DNA from: Candidatus Marinamargulisbacteria bacterium
Lineage (GTDB): Bacteria > Margulisbacteria > Marinamargulisbacteria > UBA817
Assembly (NCBI GenBank): GCA_049889215.1
Contig: JBMHDV010000027.1
Coordinates: forward strand, 97,185-161,184
Length of the DNA stretch: 64,000 nucleotides
Direction: 5' to 3'
Positions within the stretch are counted from its first letter, which is position 1, and each line of letters opens with the position of its first letter. Shown piece by piece: positions 1 through 10,229 of the stretch. Position numbers and translations under genes: made by a program. The notes under the pieces were generated by a model. That model was not told where the DNA came from, did no database searches, and worked only from the letters and a program-made list of their open reading frames with translations.

Positions 1-79
1 ATATAAAGCGGCTTTGGTCAAAAGAGAATTGATTTTCCTTCAAACATCGGAAGGACTTTATCCAAAATGAATCAATCAC
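1..79 (-). CDS. recF: DNA replication/repair protein RecF, 5' end only (runs off the window start)
   Basis: GTG at 79 (minus) opens MIDSFWIKSFRCLKENQFSF..., matching the RecF N-terminal 'xxLxxFRN' pattern. Lies directly downstream of dnaN, the canonical dnaA-dnaN-recF order. Not in the ORF track. Confidence 0.65.
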   Translation of the reverse strand, partial: MIDSFWIKSFRCLKENQFSFDQSRFI

Positions 80-84
80 AAAGA

Positions 85-1263
85 TTAAACAGCTGAAACA
101 GTTTCTTCTTTAACTTCCTCTACCTGGTTTTCTGGAGTTGCATAATCACTCATACGAATAGGCATTAGAATGTGAGTATACGTCTGGTCACCAACAGGCT
201 TTATAACGCATGGACTTAATTCACTATTTATTTCAAAAACAACATCATCTTGATCAATAATTTTCAAAGCTTCTTGCAATAATTTAATATTAAAAGAAAC
301 GGATATATCTCGCTCACCGACATGTCGACTTAACGACAAGTCCTCAACGTAATCTCCAAGTTTAGAATTACTGGCAGAAATAGTGAGATTTGAATCTGTA
401 AATAAAAATTTAGCAACAAAATTAGAATGCGACGCAATAATATTCGCACGCTCAGATGCATTTAAAAGTAATTGACGTGAAATCTTATATTCAAATAGCG
501 TATTTTTAGGTATAACTTGCTTATAATCTGGAAAACGACCATTAATCAAACGAGAAACAATTAACGATGTACCAACCTGAAATGAAATCTGACGTTCAGA
601 TAAACTAATTTTTATTTGCTCAGATTTTACCGCACCTAAGATTTTAGATAACTCATTCATTGTCTTAAATGGTACGATGCATGAAAACTCAGGTAATGGT
701 GATTCAAAAGCTGAATATTTCAAGGATAATCGAAACCCATCAGTAGAAATAAAATCACAACGATTATCCTTAGCTTCAATTTTTATCCCATTTAAAAACT
801 GCTTCGTTTCGTCATACGAGACTGAAAAAATTGTATGCTTAATTAAGTCGGACATCGTTTCTGTTTGAAGATCAAAGCTAACATCACGTTCGACATCTGG
901 AAACTGTGGGTACTCTTCGTAATTAATACCAAAAATATCAAAATCTACAGAATTTGCTTTTATATTACATTTAAACGATTCATTTAACTCAAATTCAACA
1001 AAATCAGAATTTAATTTGGCTAATATATCACTTAATGTTCCGGCTTTTATCAGTACTCCGTCAGGACCTGAATTATCTAAAACTTCAACATTCAAAACAT
1101 ATTCAATGCCCAACTCTAAATCATTTCCTCGTAAGGTTATCTGATTATTATTTAGCTTCACATATAAATTTTCCAACACAGGTAACGTGGTACGATTTGA
1201 AATCGCTTTACATACAGTATTCACTCCTAATGTAAGTTCTGTTCGATCAACTTTGAATTTCAT
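85..1263 (-). CDS. dnaN: DNA polymerase III beta sliding clamp
   Basis: Motifs TLPVLEN, STDGFRLS, GRFPDYKQVIP, ILMPIR; downstream of dnaA; AGGAG RBS. Confidence 0.97.
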   Translation of the reverse strand: MKFKVDRTELTLGVNTVCKAISNRTTLPVLENLYVKLNNNQITLRGNDLELGIEYVLNVEVLDNSGPDGVLIKAGTLSDILAKLNSDFVEFELNESFKCNIKANSVDFDIFGINYEEYPQFPDVERDVSFDLQTETMSDLIKHTIFSVSYDETKQFLNGIKIEAKDNRCDFISTDGFRLSLKYSAFESPLPEFSCIVPFKTMNELSKILGAVKSEQIKISLSERQISFQVGTSLIVSRLINGRFPDYKQVIPKNTLFEYKISRQLLLNASERANIIASHSNFVAKFLFTDSNLTISASNSKLGDYVEDLSLSRHVGERDISVSFNIKLLQEALKIIDQDDVVFEINSELSPCVIKPVGDQTYTHILMPIRMSDYATPENQVEEVKEETVSAV

Positions 1264-1280
1264 AACGATCTCCTAATAGC

Positions 1281-1514
1281 TTTTATATAATTATTATATA
1301 TTAATAATATAAGTAGTAATAATAGTAGTCTGAATATCTGTAAAAGTCCATAAGTTGAGTCTAAATCACACTTATAATTGTGTGGATAGTTATGTGGATT
1401 TCATCTTAAAAGAATGTCGGTATTGCACATCGTGTATTTTTCAACATTTTGTCCACAACATTTATACAAAGTTATTCATAGGATTTGTGTATTTGTTGTT
1501 TAAGGTTATCAACA
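1281..1514. promoter_or_regulatory. oriC: AT-rich unwinding element, DnaA-trios and DnaA-box cluster between dnaA and dnaN
   Basis: AT-only run 1281-1310; trio repeat AAG TAG TAA TAA TAG TAG 1311-1328. DnaA-box-like 9-mers: TGTGGATAG 1381, TGTGGATTT 1393, TTTTCAACA 1438, TTGTCCACA 1449, TTATACAAA 1462, TTATTCATA 1472, TTATCAACA 1506. Confidence 0.88.
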
Positions 1515-2773
1515 ATTGTTTTAACATCATCATCACTCAGTAATAATTGCTTAACTTTGTCAATTGCATGCATAACTGTAGTATGGTCTCTTTTTCCAAA
1601 GTTCTCTCCAATTTTTAATAGTGATACATTGGTAACCTCTCGGCATAAGTACATGGCTATTTGTCTTGCAAGTGCAATCTCTTTTGTTCTTACCTTGGAT
1701 GATAATTCATCAAAGTTAATATTCAAATGACTCGCGACCATACGTTTAATCTGTGGAATGGTCAGTGGCTTTTTACTATGTTCATTAATTAAGTCTTTTA
1801 TAATTTTACTTGCTGCATTTATATCGATGTTAGAATCAAGGAGGTTAGCATAAGCTGTTATTCGATTCATCGCCCCTTCTAATTCTCGAACATTGTTTGG
1901 AAATTGAGACGCGATATAGTTAAGTACATCATCTGAAATTGGCGTGTTATTATCTTCAATTTTAGTTCTTAGAATCGCAATTCTTGTTTCTAATTCTGGC
2001 GGTTGGATATCAGCTGTTAGCCCCCAACTAAAACGAGTCTTTAATCGGTCTTGTAATGTGGGAATATCGTTTGGTGGACAATCGGACGTAATTACGATTT
2101 GTTTATTTTGCCCATGAAGCTCATTAAATGTATGAAAAAATTCTTCTTGTGTTGATTCTTTTCCTGCAAGAAATTGAATATCGTCAATAAGCAAAACATC
2201 TATACTCCGATATTTATTTTTAAATTCACTAGTTGATCTGTTACGAAGGGAGTTAATTAAGTCGTTGGTAAATTTTTCTGATGTAACCAAGCAAACATTC
2301 ATATTGTTTTTTGATATCTCATTAGCTATTGCGTGTAACAAGTGTGTTTTTCCAATGCCCACTGACCCATAGATGAATAAGGGATTGTATGCATTTGCTG
2401 GACGCTTCGATACAGCCTCTGCAGCAGCGTAAGCAAATCTGTTATTGTTACCAACAATAAAGCGATCAAATGTGAATAGAGAATTAAATCGTGATGGCTG
2501 CGGAGTTGCTGGCGTGTTAAACAGTTCCAATTGATTTGTTTCTTTTGTATCCCCATTCTCAGTAACATCAATTTGAACTGCTAAATCCACATATGACTTT
2601 ATTATTGATAAACATTTATTTTCAATCCATTGCTTCATATACGGATCTGTAACGACAAGTTTTAAACTATTGTTTTCTTGATCAACTTCAACTGAATTTT
2701 TAAATATTTGTAAATTTGGCTCACTGAGGTCGTTTTTTAAATGATTCAGTAATTCTTCTTTAGTTATTGACAT
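1472..2773 (-). CDS. dnaA: Chromosomal replication initiator DnaA
   Basis: YNPLFIYGSVGIGKTHLLHAI Walker A, LLIDDIQFL, NVRELEGA, RDHTTVMHA. Likely start is ATG 2773 rather than TTG 2785. Confidence 0.98.
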   Translation of the reverse strand: MSITKEELLNHLKNDLSEPNLQIFKNSVEVDQENNSLKLVVTDPYMKQWIENKCLSIIKSYVDLAVQIDVTENGDTKETNQLELFNTPATPQPSRFNSLFTFDRFIVGNNNRFAYAAAEAVSKRPANAYNPLFIYGSVGIGKTHLLHAIANEISKNNMNVCLVTSEKFTNDLINSLRNRSTSEFKNKYRSIDVLLIDDIQFLAGKESTQEEFFHTFNELHGQNKQIVITSDCPPNDIPTLQDRLKTRFSWGLTADIQPPELETRIAILRTKIEDNNTPISDDVLNYIASQFPNNVRELEGAMNRITAYANLLDSNIDINAASKIIKDLINEHSKKPLTIPQIKRMVASHLNINFDELSSKVRTKEIALARQIAMYLCREVTNVSLLKIGENFGKRDHTTVMHAIDKVKQLLLSDDDVKTIVDNLKQQIHKSYE

Positions 2774-2775
2774 AG

Positions 2776-2839
2776 TTATCCACAATCTCTATTGGGCATA
2801 ATATACCTAAAATCTCTGCTTTCCACAATGTTATCCACA
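2776..2839. promoter_or_regulatory. dnaA promoter region with perfect DnaA boxes
   Basis: TTATCCACA at 2776-2784 and 2831-2839, plus CTTTCCACA at 2819-2827. These flank a minus-strand TTGTGG-N17-TATATT promoter candidate (2828-2800). Confidence 0.8.
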
Positions 2840-3559
2840 TTTTCTCGCGACAACGTAAACACTCGGCGAAATATCGAGTCTTTTAATAAAAAAGTTTAAA
2901 AAAAGCTCGAAACTCACTAGTAATTTTGCTGGAATATAACGTTTAATTAATTGAATTCTAAACATTCCTAGTTGTCGTTTAGTTACTATTTCAAAGTTAT
3001 TATTTTTTAAACATTGAATTACATAACTTGGATCGTAATTAAAAAAGTTTTCTGACAGCTTAGTCATTGGTTCTTTTGCTCTCATTGGATGTTTAAGTTT
3101 ATTTTTTAAGTGGTAATAATTTGGGACATCTAAAATTAATGTTCCGTTTTCTGTTAGTGCTTCATTGTATTTTCGAAATAGCTGATTTAGATCCTGCAAA
3201 TGGTGTAATGTTCGAATGGAGATAATGGCATTTACATTACTTTCTATGTTCAGCTCATATAAGCTTTGTGTGTAAAATTTAAATTTATCATTTGTTTCTC
3301 TGTTTTCTTTTGCTTGTTCAACTAATTGATTTGCATAATCAACTAAGTGGCATTTTTTAAATAGATGTTCATAACTTGGTATTAAGCGTCCAAACCCACA
3401 GCCAGCATCTAATATTTTATCTTTAGTGTCCACAAATTGATTGAGAAGAGTTTCAATTATTTGTGTTTCCAGTAAATGCTCGTATTCTCTATTTTTATTT
3501 AACCAAAATTCAGCTTTATAATCGTAATCCGAATAATCACATATTCCTATTTTTGTCAT
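2831..3559 (-). CDS. Class I SAM-dependent methyltransferase
   Basis: ILDAGCGFGR motif I; SIRTLHHL; LTENGTLILDVPN. Confidence 0.85.
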   Translation of the reverse strand: MTKIGICDYSDYDYKAEFWLNKNREYEHLLETQIIETLLNQFVDTKDKILDAGCGFGRLIPSYEHLFKKCHLVDYANQLVEQAKENRETNDKFKFYTQSLYELNIESNVNAIISIRTLHHLQDLNQLFRKYNEALTENGTLILDVPNYYHLKNKLKHPMRAKEPMTKLSENFFNYDPSYVIQCLKNNNFEIVTKRQLGMFRIQLIKRYIPAKLLVSFELFLNFFIKRLDISPSVYVVARKCG

Positions 3560-3640
3560 TGTTTTAAAACTATCATCTCTAGGTACATTTTAAAAGGATT
3601 CATTATTCAAGTTCTTTATTGCCTTTATTTAAACTTCTAT

Positions 3641-3669
3641 TTGCACAATTTATCTAGCCTCATTATCAT
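3641..3669 (+). promoter_or_regulatory. Sigma70-type promoter of mnmG (leaderless)
   Basis: TTGCAC-N17-TATCAT, ending 6 nt before ATG 3676; no SD sequence. Confidence 0.6.
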
Positions 3670-3675
3670 AGAGCC

Positions 3676-5511
3676 ATGACAAAACGGTTTGATGTGATTA
3701 TTGTTGGTTGTGGGCATGCGGGAGCTGAAGCGGCTTTAGCAGCAGCAAGAAAAGGTGTTCAAGTTGCTGTTTTTTGTTTAGATTTTTCTAAAGCTGCTAG
3801 TATGCCATGTAATCCATCCATAGGTGGTTCTGCTAAAGGGCAAATTGTTGGAGAAATTGATGCAATGGGTGGAATTATGGGAGAAGCTGCTGACAACACT
3901 TATTTACAAATTAAATATTTAAATCGTTCTCGAGGACCTGCTGTTCATGCTTTAAGAACACAAAATGATAAATATGAATATCCCAAATATGTCCAGAATA
4001 AAATTAAAAGTTACAGCAATATTTCTATTTTTGAATTAGAGATTGTTGATTTTATTCTGAATCAATCCTCTATTAGTGGCGTTGTATCATCGCATGGGGA
4101 ACAGTTTTATGCATCTTCCGTAGTAGTTACTACTGGAACCTACTTAAAGGGGCTAACTCATATTGGCTTATCAAATAAGTCTGAGGGTCGAATGGGTGAA
4201 CCTCCTTCTAATTTTTTATCAAGTAGTCTCGAGAAATTAGGTTTTAAATTAGGTCGCTTAAAAACAGGAACAACACCTAGGGTTTGTTCAACAACAATTG
4301 ATACTTCCAAAATGGTGCGTCAGCCTGGGGATCAAGAAAACTTACATTTTTCATTCAGAACGTCTAATTTTGATCGGATCAGTCATCAGGTTGATTGTTA
4401 CCTCACCAATACCAATACTAAGGTCCATGAAATAATTTCAGCTAACTTGGATCGTTCGCCAATGTATGCTGGGCTTATTGAGGGAATTGGCCCTCGTTAT
4501 TGTCCTTCTTTAGAGGACAAGGTTGTTAGATTTAAAGATAAACAATCTCACCATTTGTTTATTGAGCCAGAAAGCGAATCAACAACTGAGATCTACATAC
4601 AAGGCTTTAATACTTCCCTTCCTGAAGATGTCCAGCGCCAAATACTCGACGAAATTCCAGGATTAGAAAATTCAAAAATTCTAAAACCCGGTTATGCTGT
4701 TGAATATGATTTTGTTTTTCCCAATCAATTATATCCAACGCTTGAATCGAAACCTGTATCCGGTTTGTTTTTTGCAGGTCAAATAAATGGAACATCTGGT
4801 TACGAGGAGGCAGCTGCCCAGGGATTGGTTGCTGGTATGAATGCAGCCAATGTTTCCGCTGGTAAACCAACACATATTGTTTCACGTGAAACATCTTATA
4901 TTGGTACCTTGATCGATGACTTGACCTCAAAAAATATTATTGATGAGCCCTACAGGATGATGACTGCTCGCTCAGAGTTTAGATTATTATTGCGTCAGGA
5001 CAATGCGTTATTTCGATTATCTGAGTTTGCTTATGATCAAGGTTTATTATCCACCAACGATATTCAGCATATTCGCCATTTAGATCAAGATCGAAAGAAT
5101 TGTATTGCTTTTTGTAAGAAGCGTTCAATATCAAAAGAGTTAGCTGCAGATTTTTCTATTGAAAGAGCACCGTATAGCTCTGTTATCAAGCGTCCAGATA
5201 TAAACCATGAGGCGATTATTAGTGAGCTTGCGAGTACTTTTTCACGTGAAACTGTAGAGCGTGCATGTGTTGAAATTAAATATGAGGGGTATATAAAGCG
5301 CCAGGAAAGGCAAGTATTCAAATTGAAAGAAATGGATGATTTTATGTTGTCTTCATCATTAAATTATTCTTCGATTAATGGCTTAAGATCCGAAAGTATT
5401 GCAAAGCTTTCCCATCATCGTCCTGCCACAATACTTGAGGCAAAAAAAATTGCTGGGATAAATCCTGCTGATTTAATGATATTATTGGCACATGTTCGAT
5501 CCAAAAGTTAA
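3676..5511 (+). CDS. mnmG: tRNA uridine-5-carboxymethylaminomethyl(34) synthesis enzyme MnmG/GidA
   Basis: [48 protein letters not shown]. Confidence 0.98.
   Translation: MTKRFDVIIVGCGHAGAEAALAAARKGVQVAVFCLDFSKAASMPCNPSIGGSAKGQIVGEIDAMGGIMGEAADNTYLQIKYLNRSRGPAVHALRTQNDKYEYPKYVQNKIKSYSNISIFELEIVDFILNQSSISGVVSSHGEQFYASSVVVTTGTYLKGLTHIGLSNKSEGRMGEPPSNFLSSSLEKLGFKLGRLKTGTTPRVCSTTIDTSKMVRQPGDQENLHFSFRTSNFDRISHQVDCYLTNTNTKVHEIISANLDRSPMYAGLIEGIGPRYCPSLEDKVVRFKDKQSHHLFIEPESESTTEIYIQGFNTSLPEDVQRQILDEIPGLENSKILKPGYAVEYDFVFPNQLYPTLESKPVSGLFFAGQINGTSGYEEAAAQGLVAGMNAANVSAGKPTHIVSRETSYIGTLIDDLTSKNIIDEPYRMMTARSEFRLLLRQDNALFRLSEFAYDQGLLSTNDIQHIRHLDQDRKNCIAFCKKRSISKELAADFSIERAPYSSVIKRPDINHEAIISELASTFSRETVERACVEIKYEGYIKRQERQVFKLKEMDDFMLSSSLNYSSINGLRSESIAKLSHHRPATILEAKKIAGINPADLMILLAHVRSKS
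4878..4893. promoter_or_regulatory. parS site (perfect)
   Basis: TGTTTCACGTGAAACA palindrome inside mnmG. Confidence 0.9.
5238..5253. promoter_or_regulatory. parS site (2 mismatches)
   Basis: TTTTTCACGTGAAACT inside mnmG. Confidence 0.7.
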
Positions 5512-6091
5512 TCAATACATCCAATTATTAAAAGAATTTAATGAAACTACAAATATTTACTCTAAACGTAGTTATGGTCAGTTGCACTATCATGTGCAAG
5601 ATTCTATTAATATAGCCGAGCAAATTTCAAATTCGAAAATTCATGTTGATTTAGGCTCTGGGTCAGGATTGCCAGGAATTGTATTGTCCATTATGTCGAA
5701 CGTTGAGGTAATTTGTATTGAATCAAAAGAAAGAAAGAGGGAGTTTTTAGAGTATGCTAAATCTTCGCTAGAATTAGATAATTTGCATATTTACAATGGA
5801 GATGTCCAGAGCTTTACAAAAAACTACTCAGGGGGCAAAATCACGTCTTTTTCAGCAAAAGCGTTTGCTAAGCCTCCTAAACTATTGATGTATTTATCGA
5901 TGTTTCGTCCTCATCAATACAGATCAAATGCACTTTGTTGGGTACCAATTTCTGCTAGGCAAAAAGATGTCTTGCAGTCATTTGACTCCATTCAAACAAT
6001 TCGTGCCGATGAGGATTTCTTTTATTTTAAGATTCGGATGGATTCATTTCGATCATACAAAGCTGATCTAAAAAATCAATATAATCTTTAA
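5492..6091 (+). CDS. rsmG: 16S rRNA m7G527 methyltransferase RsmG/GidB
   Basis: [28 protein letters not shown]; follows mnmG. Confidence 0.9.
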   Translation: MFDPKVNQYIQLLKEFNETTNIYSKRSYGQLHYHVQDSINIAEQISNSKIHVDLGSGSGLPGIVLSIMSNVEVICIESKERKREFLEYAKSSLELDNLHIYNGDVQSFTKNYSGGKITSFSAKAFAKPPKLLMYLSMFRPHQYRSNALCWVPISARQKDVLQSFDSIQTIRADEDFFYFKIRMDSFRSYKADLKNQYNL

Positions 6092-6887
6092 ATCGGTCAT
6101 AGCTTAATGTGACAGTTAATTGATTCTTTCTGTGTTTAATGTGGACTGGGGTTTGAAGTTTTTCTGATAGTCGTTCGATGTAATTGTCAAATAATTGAAG
6201 TTGTTTTGGCTTTTCTTTCACTTTTTTATTTTCTTTGGACAATTTCTCGGCCTGTCTGACCGAAAGTTTTTTATCTATAATTGTTTTAGCTAGAGATAGG
6301 CATTTTTCTGGATCTGAGGCAAAGTCGATAAGTGTTCTTGCATGCCCCTCAGATAATTCATTGGTCAAAATCATATCCTGAACATCTACCGGTAGTTTTA
6401 GCAATCTTAAAATATTTGCAATACTTGATCTTGACCTAGAAAAGAGTTCACCAAGTGTTTCTTGTGTATAGTTGAAATCATCGATAAGTTGCTTTAGTGA
6501 TCTGGCAACTTCTATAATGGTTAAATTCTCCCTATCGATATTTTCTACTAAGGCAATTTCACAGGATTCTTTATCGCTGATATTTTTAATAATTGCTGGA
6601 ATGGTGGCTGCTCGATTTATTTTACACGCTTCAAGGCGTCGTTCACCTACAACAAGTTCATAGCCATTATCAGTTTGCCGCACTAGAACGGGTTGAGTTA
6701 AACCATGTTGTTGAATAGAAAGTGCGAGCTCGTTAAGTGCCTGTTGGTCAAAAATCTGACGCGGCTGAAATGGGTTCGGTGATATCTCATCGATTGGAAT
6801 TTGCTCAATACTTAATTGAGTATTTGGGATTACATTTGGGATAAGAGCGTCAAGCCCTTTCCCTAATCGGTTGTGTTGTGTTGGCAC
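6027..6887 (-). CDS. parB: Chromosome partitioning protein ParB/Spo0J
   Basis: RLGKGLDALI, PNPFQPR, GERRLEA, ENIDRENL, HTH, LSEGHAR. Confidence 0.96.
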   Translation of the reverse strand: MPTQHNRLGKGLDALIPNVIPNTQLSIEQIPIDEISPNPFQPRQIFDQQALNELALSIQQHGLTQPVLVRQTDNGYELVVGERRLEACKINRAATIPAIIKNISDKESCEIALVENIDRENLTIIEVARSLKQLIDDFNYTQETLGELFSRSRSSIANILRLLKLPVDVQDMILTNELSEGHARTLIDFASDPEKCLSLAKTIIDKKLSVRQAEKLSKENKKVKEKPKQLQLFDNYIERLSEKLQTPVHIKHRKNQLTVTLSYDRFKDYIDFLDQLCMIEMNPSES

Positions 6888-7644
6888 GTTCTAAAACCTC
6901 CTTGGTTAATTGATAATATGCTATAGAGCCAGATGATTTTGGCTCATATAGTGCGATGGGAAGTCCAAAGCTTGGGGCTTCAGCCAATCGAATATTTCTA
7001 GGTATTATTGTATCAAAAATTAAATCTTGAAAATGATTTTTTGCATTTTGAACGACTTGTCGATTAAGTGAGGTCCGTCGATCAAACATTGTAAGGGCAA
7101 TTCCTAGTATATTTAGTTTTGGATTTAATCGATCTTTGATTAACTGCACTGTTGAGAGGAGTTTTGCTAATCCTTCAAGTGCAAAATATTCACATTGTAC
7201 AGGAATAATTAGGTGATCCGTAAAAGAGAAGGCATTTAATGTTAAAAGGCTCAATGAGGGTGGGCAATCAATAATAATAAAATCGTAGCTATCACTAATG
7301 GGTGAGAGTCGTTTCTTCAAAATTGTTTCACGTGAAACAGTGTTTGATAGCTCAACCTCTGCGCCAGCTAGGTGTGTAGATGATGGGAGTAAGTGTAGGT
7401 TTTGAAAGGGGGTTGGGTAGATACAATCTTCTACAGCTTCGTCATTTGAAATTACGTCGTAAATAGAATGATGAATTTGATCGATATTAATACCAATGCC
7501 TGATGTTGCATTGGCTTGAGGATCTAGGTCGATAAGTAGTGTCCGATAGCCAAATTCACTAATGTACAAGGCTATATTTACAGCGGATGTGGTTTTTCCT
7601 ACACCACCTTTTTGATTAGAAATCGAAATAACCGACGCTGACAT
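6850..7644 (-). CDS. parA: Chromosome partitioning ATPase ParA/Soj
   Basis: NQKGGVGKTTSAVN, DLDPQANAT, IDCPPSL, IPRNIRLAEAPSFG. Likely start is ATG 7644. Confidence 0.97.
   Translation of the reverse strand: MSASVISISNQKGGVGKTTSAVNIALYISEFGYRTLLIDLDPQANATSGIGINIDQIHHSIYDVISNDEAVEDCIYPTPFQNLHLLPSSTHLAGAEVELSNTVSRETILKKRLSPISDSYDFIIIDCPPSLSLLTLNAFSFTDHLIIPVQCEYFALEGLAKLLSTVQLIKDRLNPKLNILGIALTMFDRRTSLNRQVVQNAKNHFQDLIFDTIIPRNIRLAEAPSFGLPIALYEPKSSGSIAYYQLTKEVLERANTTQPIRERA
7324..7339. promoter_or_regulatory. parS site (perfect)
   Basis: TGTTTCACGTGAAACA inside parA. Confidence 0.9.
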
Positions 7645-7754
7645 ACTTAAAAAAATACAAGAAAATTTTAAATTAGGAAATAAATTAATCAAAACTTGTG
7701 GTCGACTGTTAAATTTAATAAGATAAAAATAAGCATTTTATAAGGGAGAAATTA

Positions 7755-10229
7755 ATGTTTTCTAGATTTACTGAAAAAGCAATACAGGCAATTATGGTTG
7801 CTCAAGAAGAGGCAAAGCGATTCAATCATTCATATGTTGGAACAGAGCATATCTTACTGGGAATTATTCACGATGAAGAAAATATCGTTGTAAAGGCATT
7901 GGTTAGCCTGGATATCGAAATTAATGAAATAAAAAAACTTGTTGAAGAACGACTAGATCTAAATCAAACTGGTGAATCTAGCCCAAATATTCCGTTTACT
8001 CAACAGGCAAAACAGATACTTTCAAACGCTTGGGATGAGGCAAGAAAGTTGGGACATAATTATGTAAACGTAGAGCATTTATTCTTATCTATTTTTAGAG
8101 ACCCAACCAATATTGCTGCCAAAGTCCTGCAAGAATTGGGGATTAAAAGTTCAAAATTTAAAGAAGCATTATTCATGGCTCTTGGAAAACGCGTAGAGTC
8201 CACACGTCAGTCATCATCAACGGTTCCAACACCAACGCTAGACTTGTTTGGACGAGATTTAACAGCGCTAGCTAAAGAAAATAAATTAGATCCAGTTGTT
8301 GGGCGCGTTAAAGAATTAGAGCGGGTCATTCAAATTTTATCAAGAAGAACTAAAAATAATCCTGTTCTAACAGGAGAGCCTGGTGTTGGTAAAACAGCTG
8401 TTGTTGAAGGCTTAGCACAAATTCTTCATTTAAAAAGTACGCCTGAAAAACTTAGAGATAAACGTTTGATCACCTTAGATTTAGGCCTTTTGGTTGCTGG
8501 AACAAAATATAGAGGAGAATTTGAAGACAGAGTAAAAAAAATAATGGAAGAAGTTCGAAAATCAAATAATGTAATCTTATTTATTGACGAATTACACACA
8601 ATTATTGGTACAGGGAGTTCTGAAGGAAGCTTGGATGCGGCAAATTTATTTAAGCCAGCACTTGCTCGAGGTGAGCTTCAATGCATTGGTGCTACAACGC
8701 TTGATGAATATCGTAAGCATATTGAGGGCGATGGCGCATTAGAAAGACGTTTTCAATCCGTATTGGTTGAAGAGCCATCGAAAGATGAAACACTTGAGAT
8801 TCTTAAGGGGATCAAATCACGTTATGAAGAATTTCATGATGTTGTTATCACTGAAGATGCATTGTTAGAGGCTGTAGAAATGTCATCTCGCTTTATCACA
8901 GATCGACAATTACCAGATAAAGCAGTTGATATTATTGATGAAGCTGCATCAAAGGTAATGCTTGAATCATCAAAATTATCCAAAGATTCTTTACAGGTAT
9001 TTAAAGACTTAGAAATTGTAAATTCGGAACTTGATTTAGCCAATAAAAAAGATGATTCCAACCAAGCCATGACATTAAAAGAACGTCAGAAACAACTTCT
9101 ATCGAATGCAGGAAAAATGTCAGATTTGGAAAAGCGCTATGCAGCAAAAATAGTTGATGCACAAATAGTTGCTGAGGTAGTGGCCATGTGGACGGGTATT
9201 CCGGTAACAAAAATTACTCAAGAAGAATCTGAAAAGCTACTAAAGATGGATCAGGATTTAACTAAAAAAATTATTGGTCAAGAAGAAGCTGTAAAAGCTG
9301 TTGTTAGAGCTGTAAAAAGGTCAAAAGTTGGACTAAAAAATCCAAAACGTCCAACCGGATCATTTCTTTTCTTGGGCCCAACTGGGGTTGGTAAGTCTGA
9401 GCTTGCTAAGCAAATGGCAATTAATTTATTCGGAAAAGCAGATGCAATGATACGAATTGATATGTCTGAGTACATGGAGAAGCATACTGTTAGTCGTCTT
9501 ATCGGGTCACCACCTGGGTATGTTGGGTATGATGATGGCGGGCAATTAACCGAGCCAGTTCGTCAAAAACCATATTCAATTGTTTTATTTGATGAGATTG
9601 AAAAGGCATCACCTGATGTATTGAATATCTTATTACAGATATTAGAGGATGGGCATGTAACGGATTCTAATGGTCGTACCGTTGACTTTAAAAACACGAT
9701 TATTATCATGACATCGAACGTAGGTGCGAAATATATTCAAAAAACAACATCTCTTGGATTTCAAACCGTATCAGAAGACGAGGCAAACTATAGCAACATG
9801 AAAGAAAAATTAAAAGATGAAGTTGCACGAGAGTTTCGTCCAGAGTTTATCAATAGAATCGACGATGTTGTGATATTTAAGCAACTTGGTGAAGACATTA
9901 TGATCCAAATTACAGAAATATTAGTCGACGAGCTATCAGACCGGTTAAAAGAAAAGAATATTCGACTAAAAATTGATAAAAAAGTGGTTCAATTGGTCAC
10001 TGAAAAGGGAACGAACGTACGAATGGGTGCACGTCCATTGCGTCGATCCTTGCAAGAACATGTCGAAGATCCGATGGCGGATGCATTGTTAAAGCGTAAT
10101 TTAAGGCGCGATGTTTCGATAAGCTGCACGTTAGTCAAAGGAAAAGTGTCATTTAATATTAGGCAATTAAAACAAAAGCCTAAGGAAGATAATATTCTAT
10201 CATCCAAAGAACTAATTAATGCCTTCTAA
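7755..10229 (+). CDS. clpC: ATP-dependent Clp protease ATP-binding subunit ClpC
   Basis: [10 protein letters not shown]-domain repeats and two AAA modules ([16 protein letters not shown]); AAGGGAG RBS. Confidence 0.95.
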   Translation: MFSRFTEKAIQAIMVAQEEAKRFNHSYVGTEHILLGIIHDEENIVVKALVSLDIEINEIKKLVEERLDLNQTGESSPNIPFTQQAKQILSNAWDEARKLGHNYVNVEHLFLSIFRDPTNIAAKVLQELGIKSSKFKEALFMALGKRVESTRQSSSTVPTPTLDLFGRDLTALAKENKLDPVVGRVKELERVIQILSRRTKNNPVLTGEPGVGKTAVVEGLAQILHLKSTPEKLRDKRLITLDLGLLVAGTKYRGEFEDRVKKIMEEVRKSNNVILFIDELHTIIGTGSSEGSLDAANLFKPALARGELQCIGATTLDEYRKHIEGDGALERRFQSVLVEEPSKDETLEILKGIKSRYEEFHDVVITEDALLEAVEMSSRFITDRQLPDKAVDIIDEAASKVMLESSKLSKDSLQVFKDLEIVNSELDLANKKDDSNQAMTLKERQKQLLSNAGKMSDLEKRYAAKIVDAQIVAEVVAMWTGIPVTKITQEESEKLLKMDQDLTKKIIGQEEAVKAVVRAVKRSKVGLKNPKRPTGSFLFLGPTGVGKSELAKQMAINLFGKADAMIRIDMSEYMEKHTVSRLIGSPPGYVGYDDGGQLTEPVRQKPYSIVLFDEIEKASPDVLNILLQILEDGHVTDSNGRTVDFKNTIIIMTSNVGAKYIQKTTSLGFQTVSEDEANYSNMKEKLKDEVAREFRPEFINRIDDVVIFKQLGEDIMIQITEILVDELSDRLKEKNIRLKIDKKVVQLVTEKGTNVRMGARPLRRSLQEHVEDPMADALLKRNLRRDVSISCTLVKGKVSFNIRQLKQKPKEDNILSSKELINAF

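Noticed and set aside
677-2571. Short ORFs overlapping dnaN, oriC and dnaA (677-868, 1035-1235, 1355-1543, 1485-1730, 2326-2571)
   Set aside because: They are antisense or off-frame shadows of conserved genes or the origin, with no motifs or RBS.
7693-7754. CtsR or CIRCE operator upstream of clpC
   Set aside because: No GGTCAAA direct repeat or TTAGCACTC-N9-GAGTGCTAA is seen.
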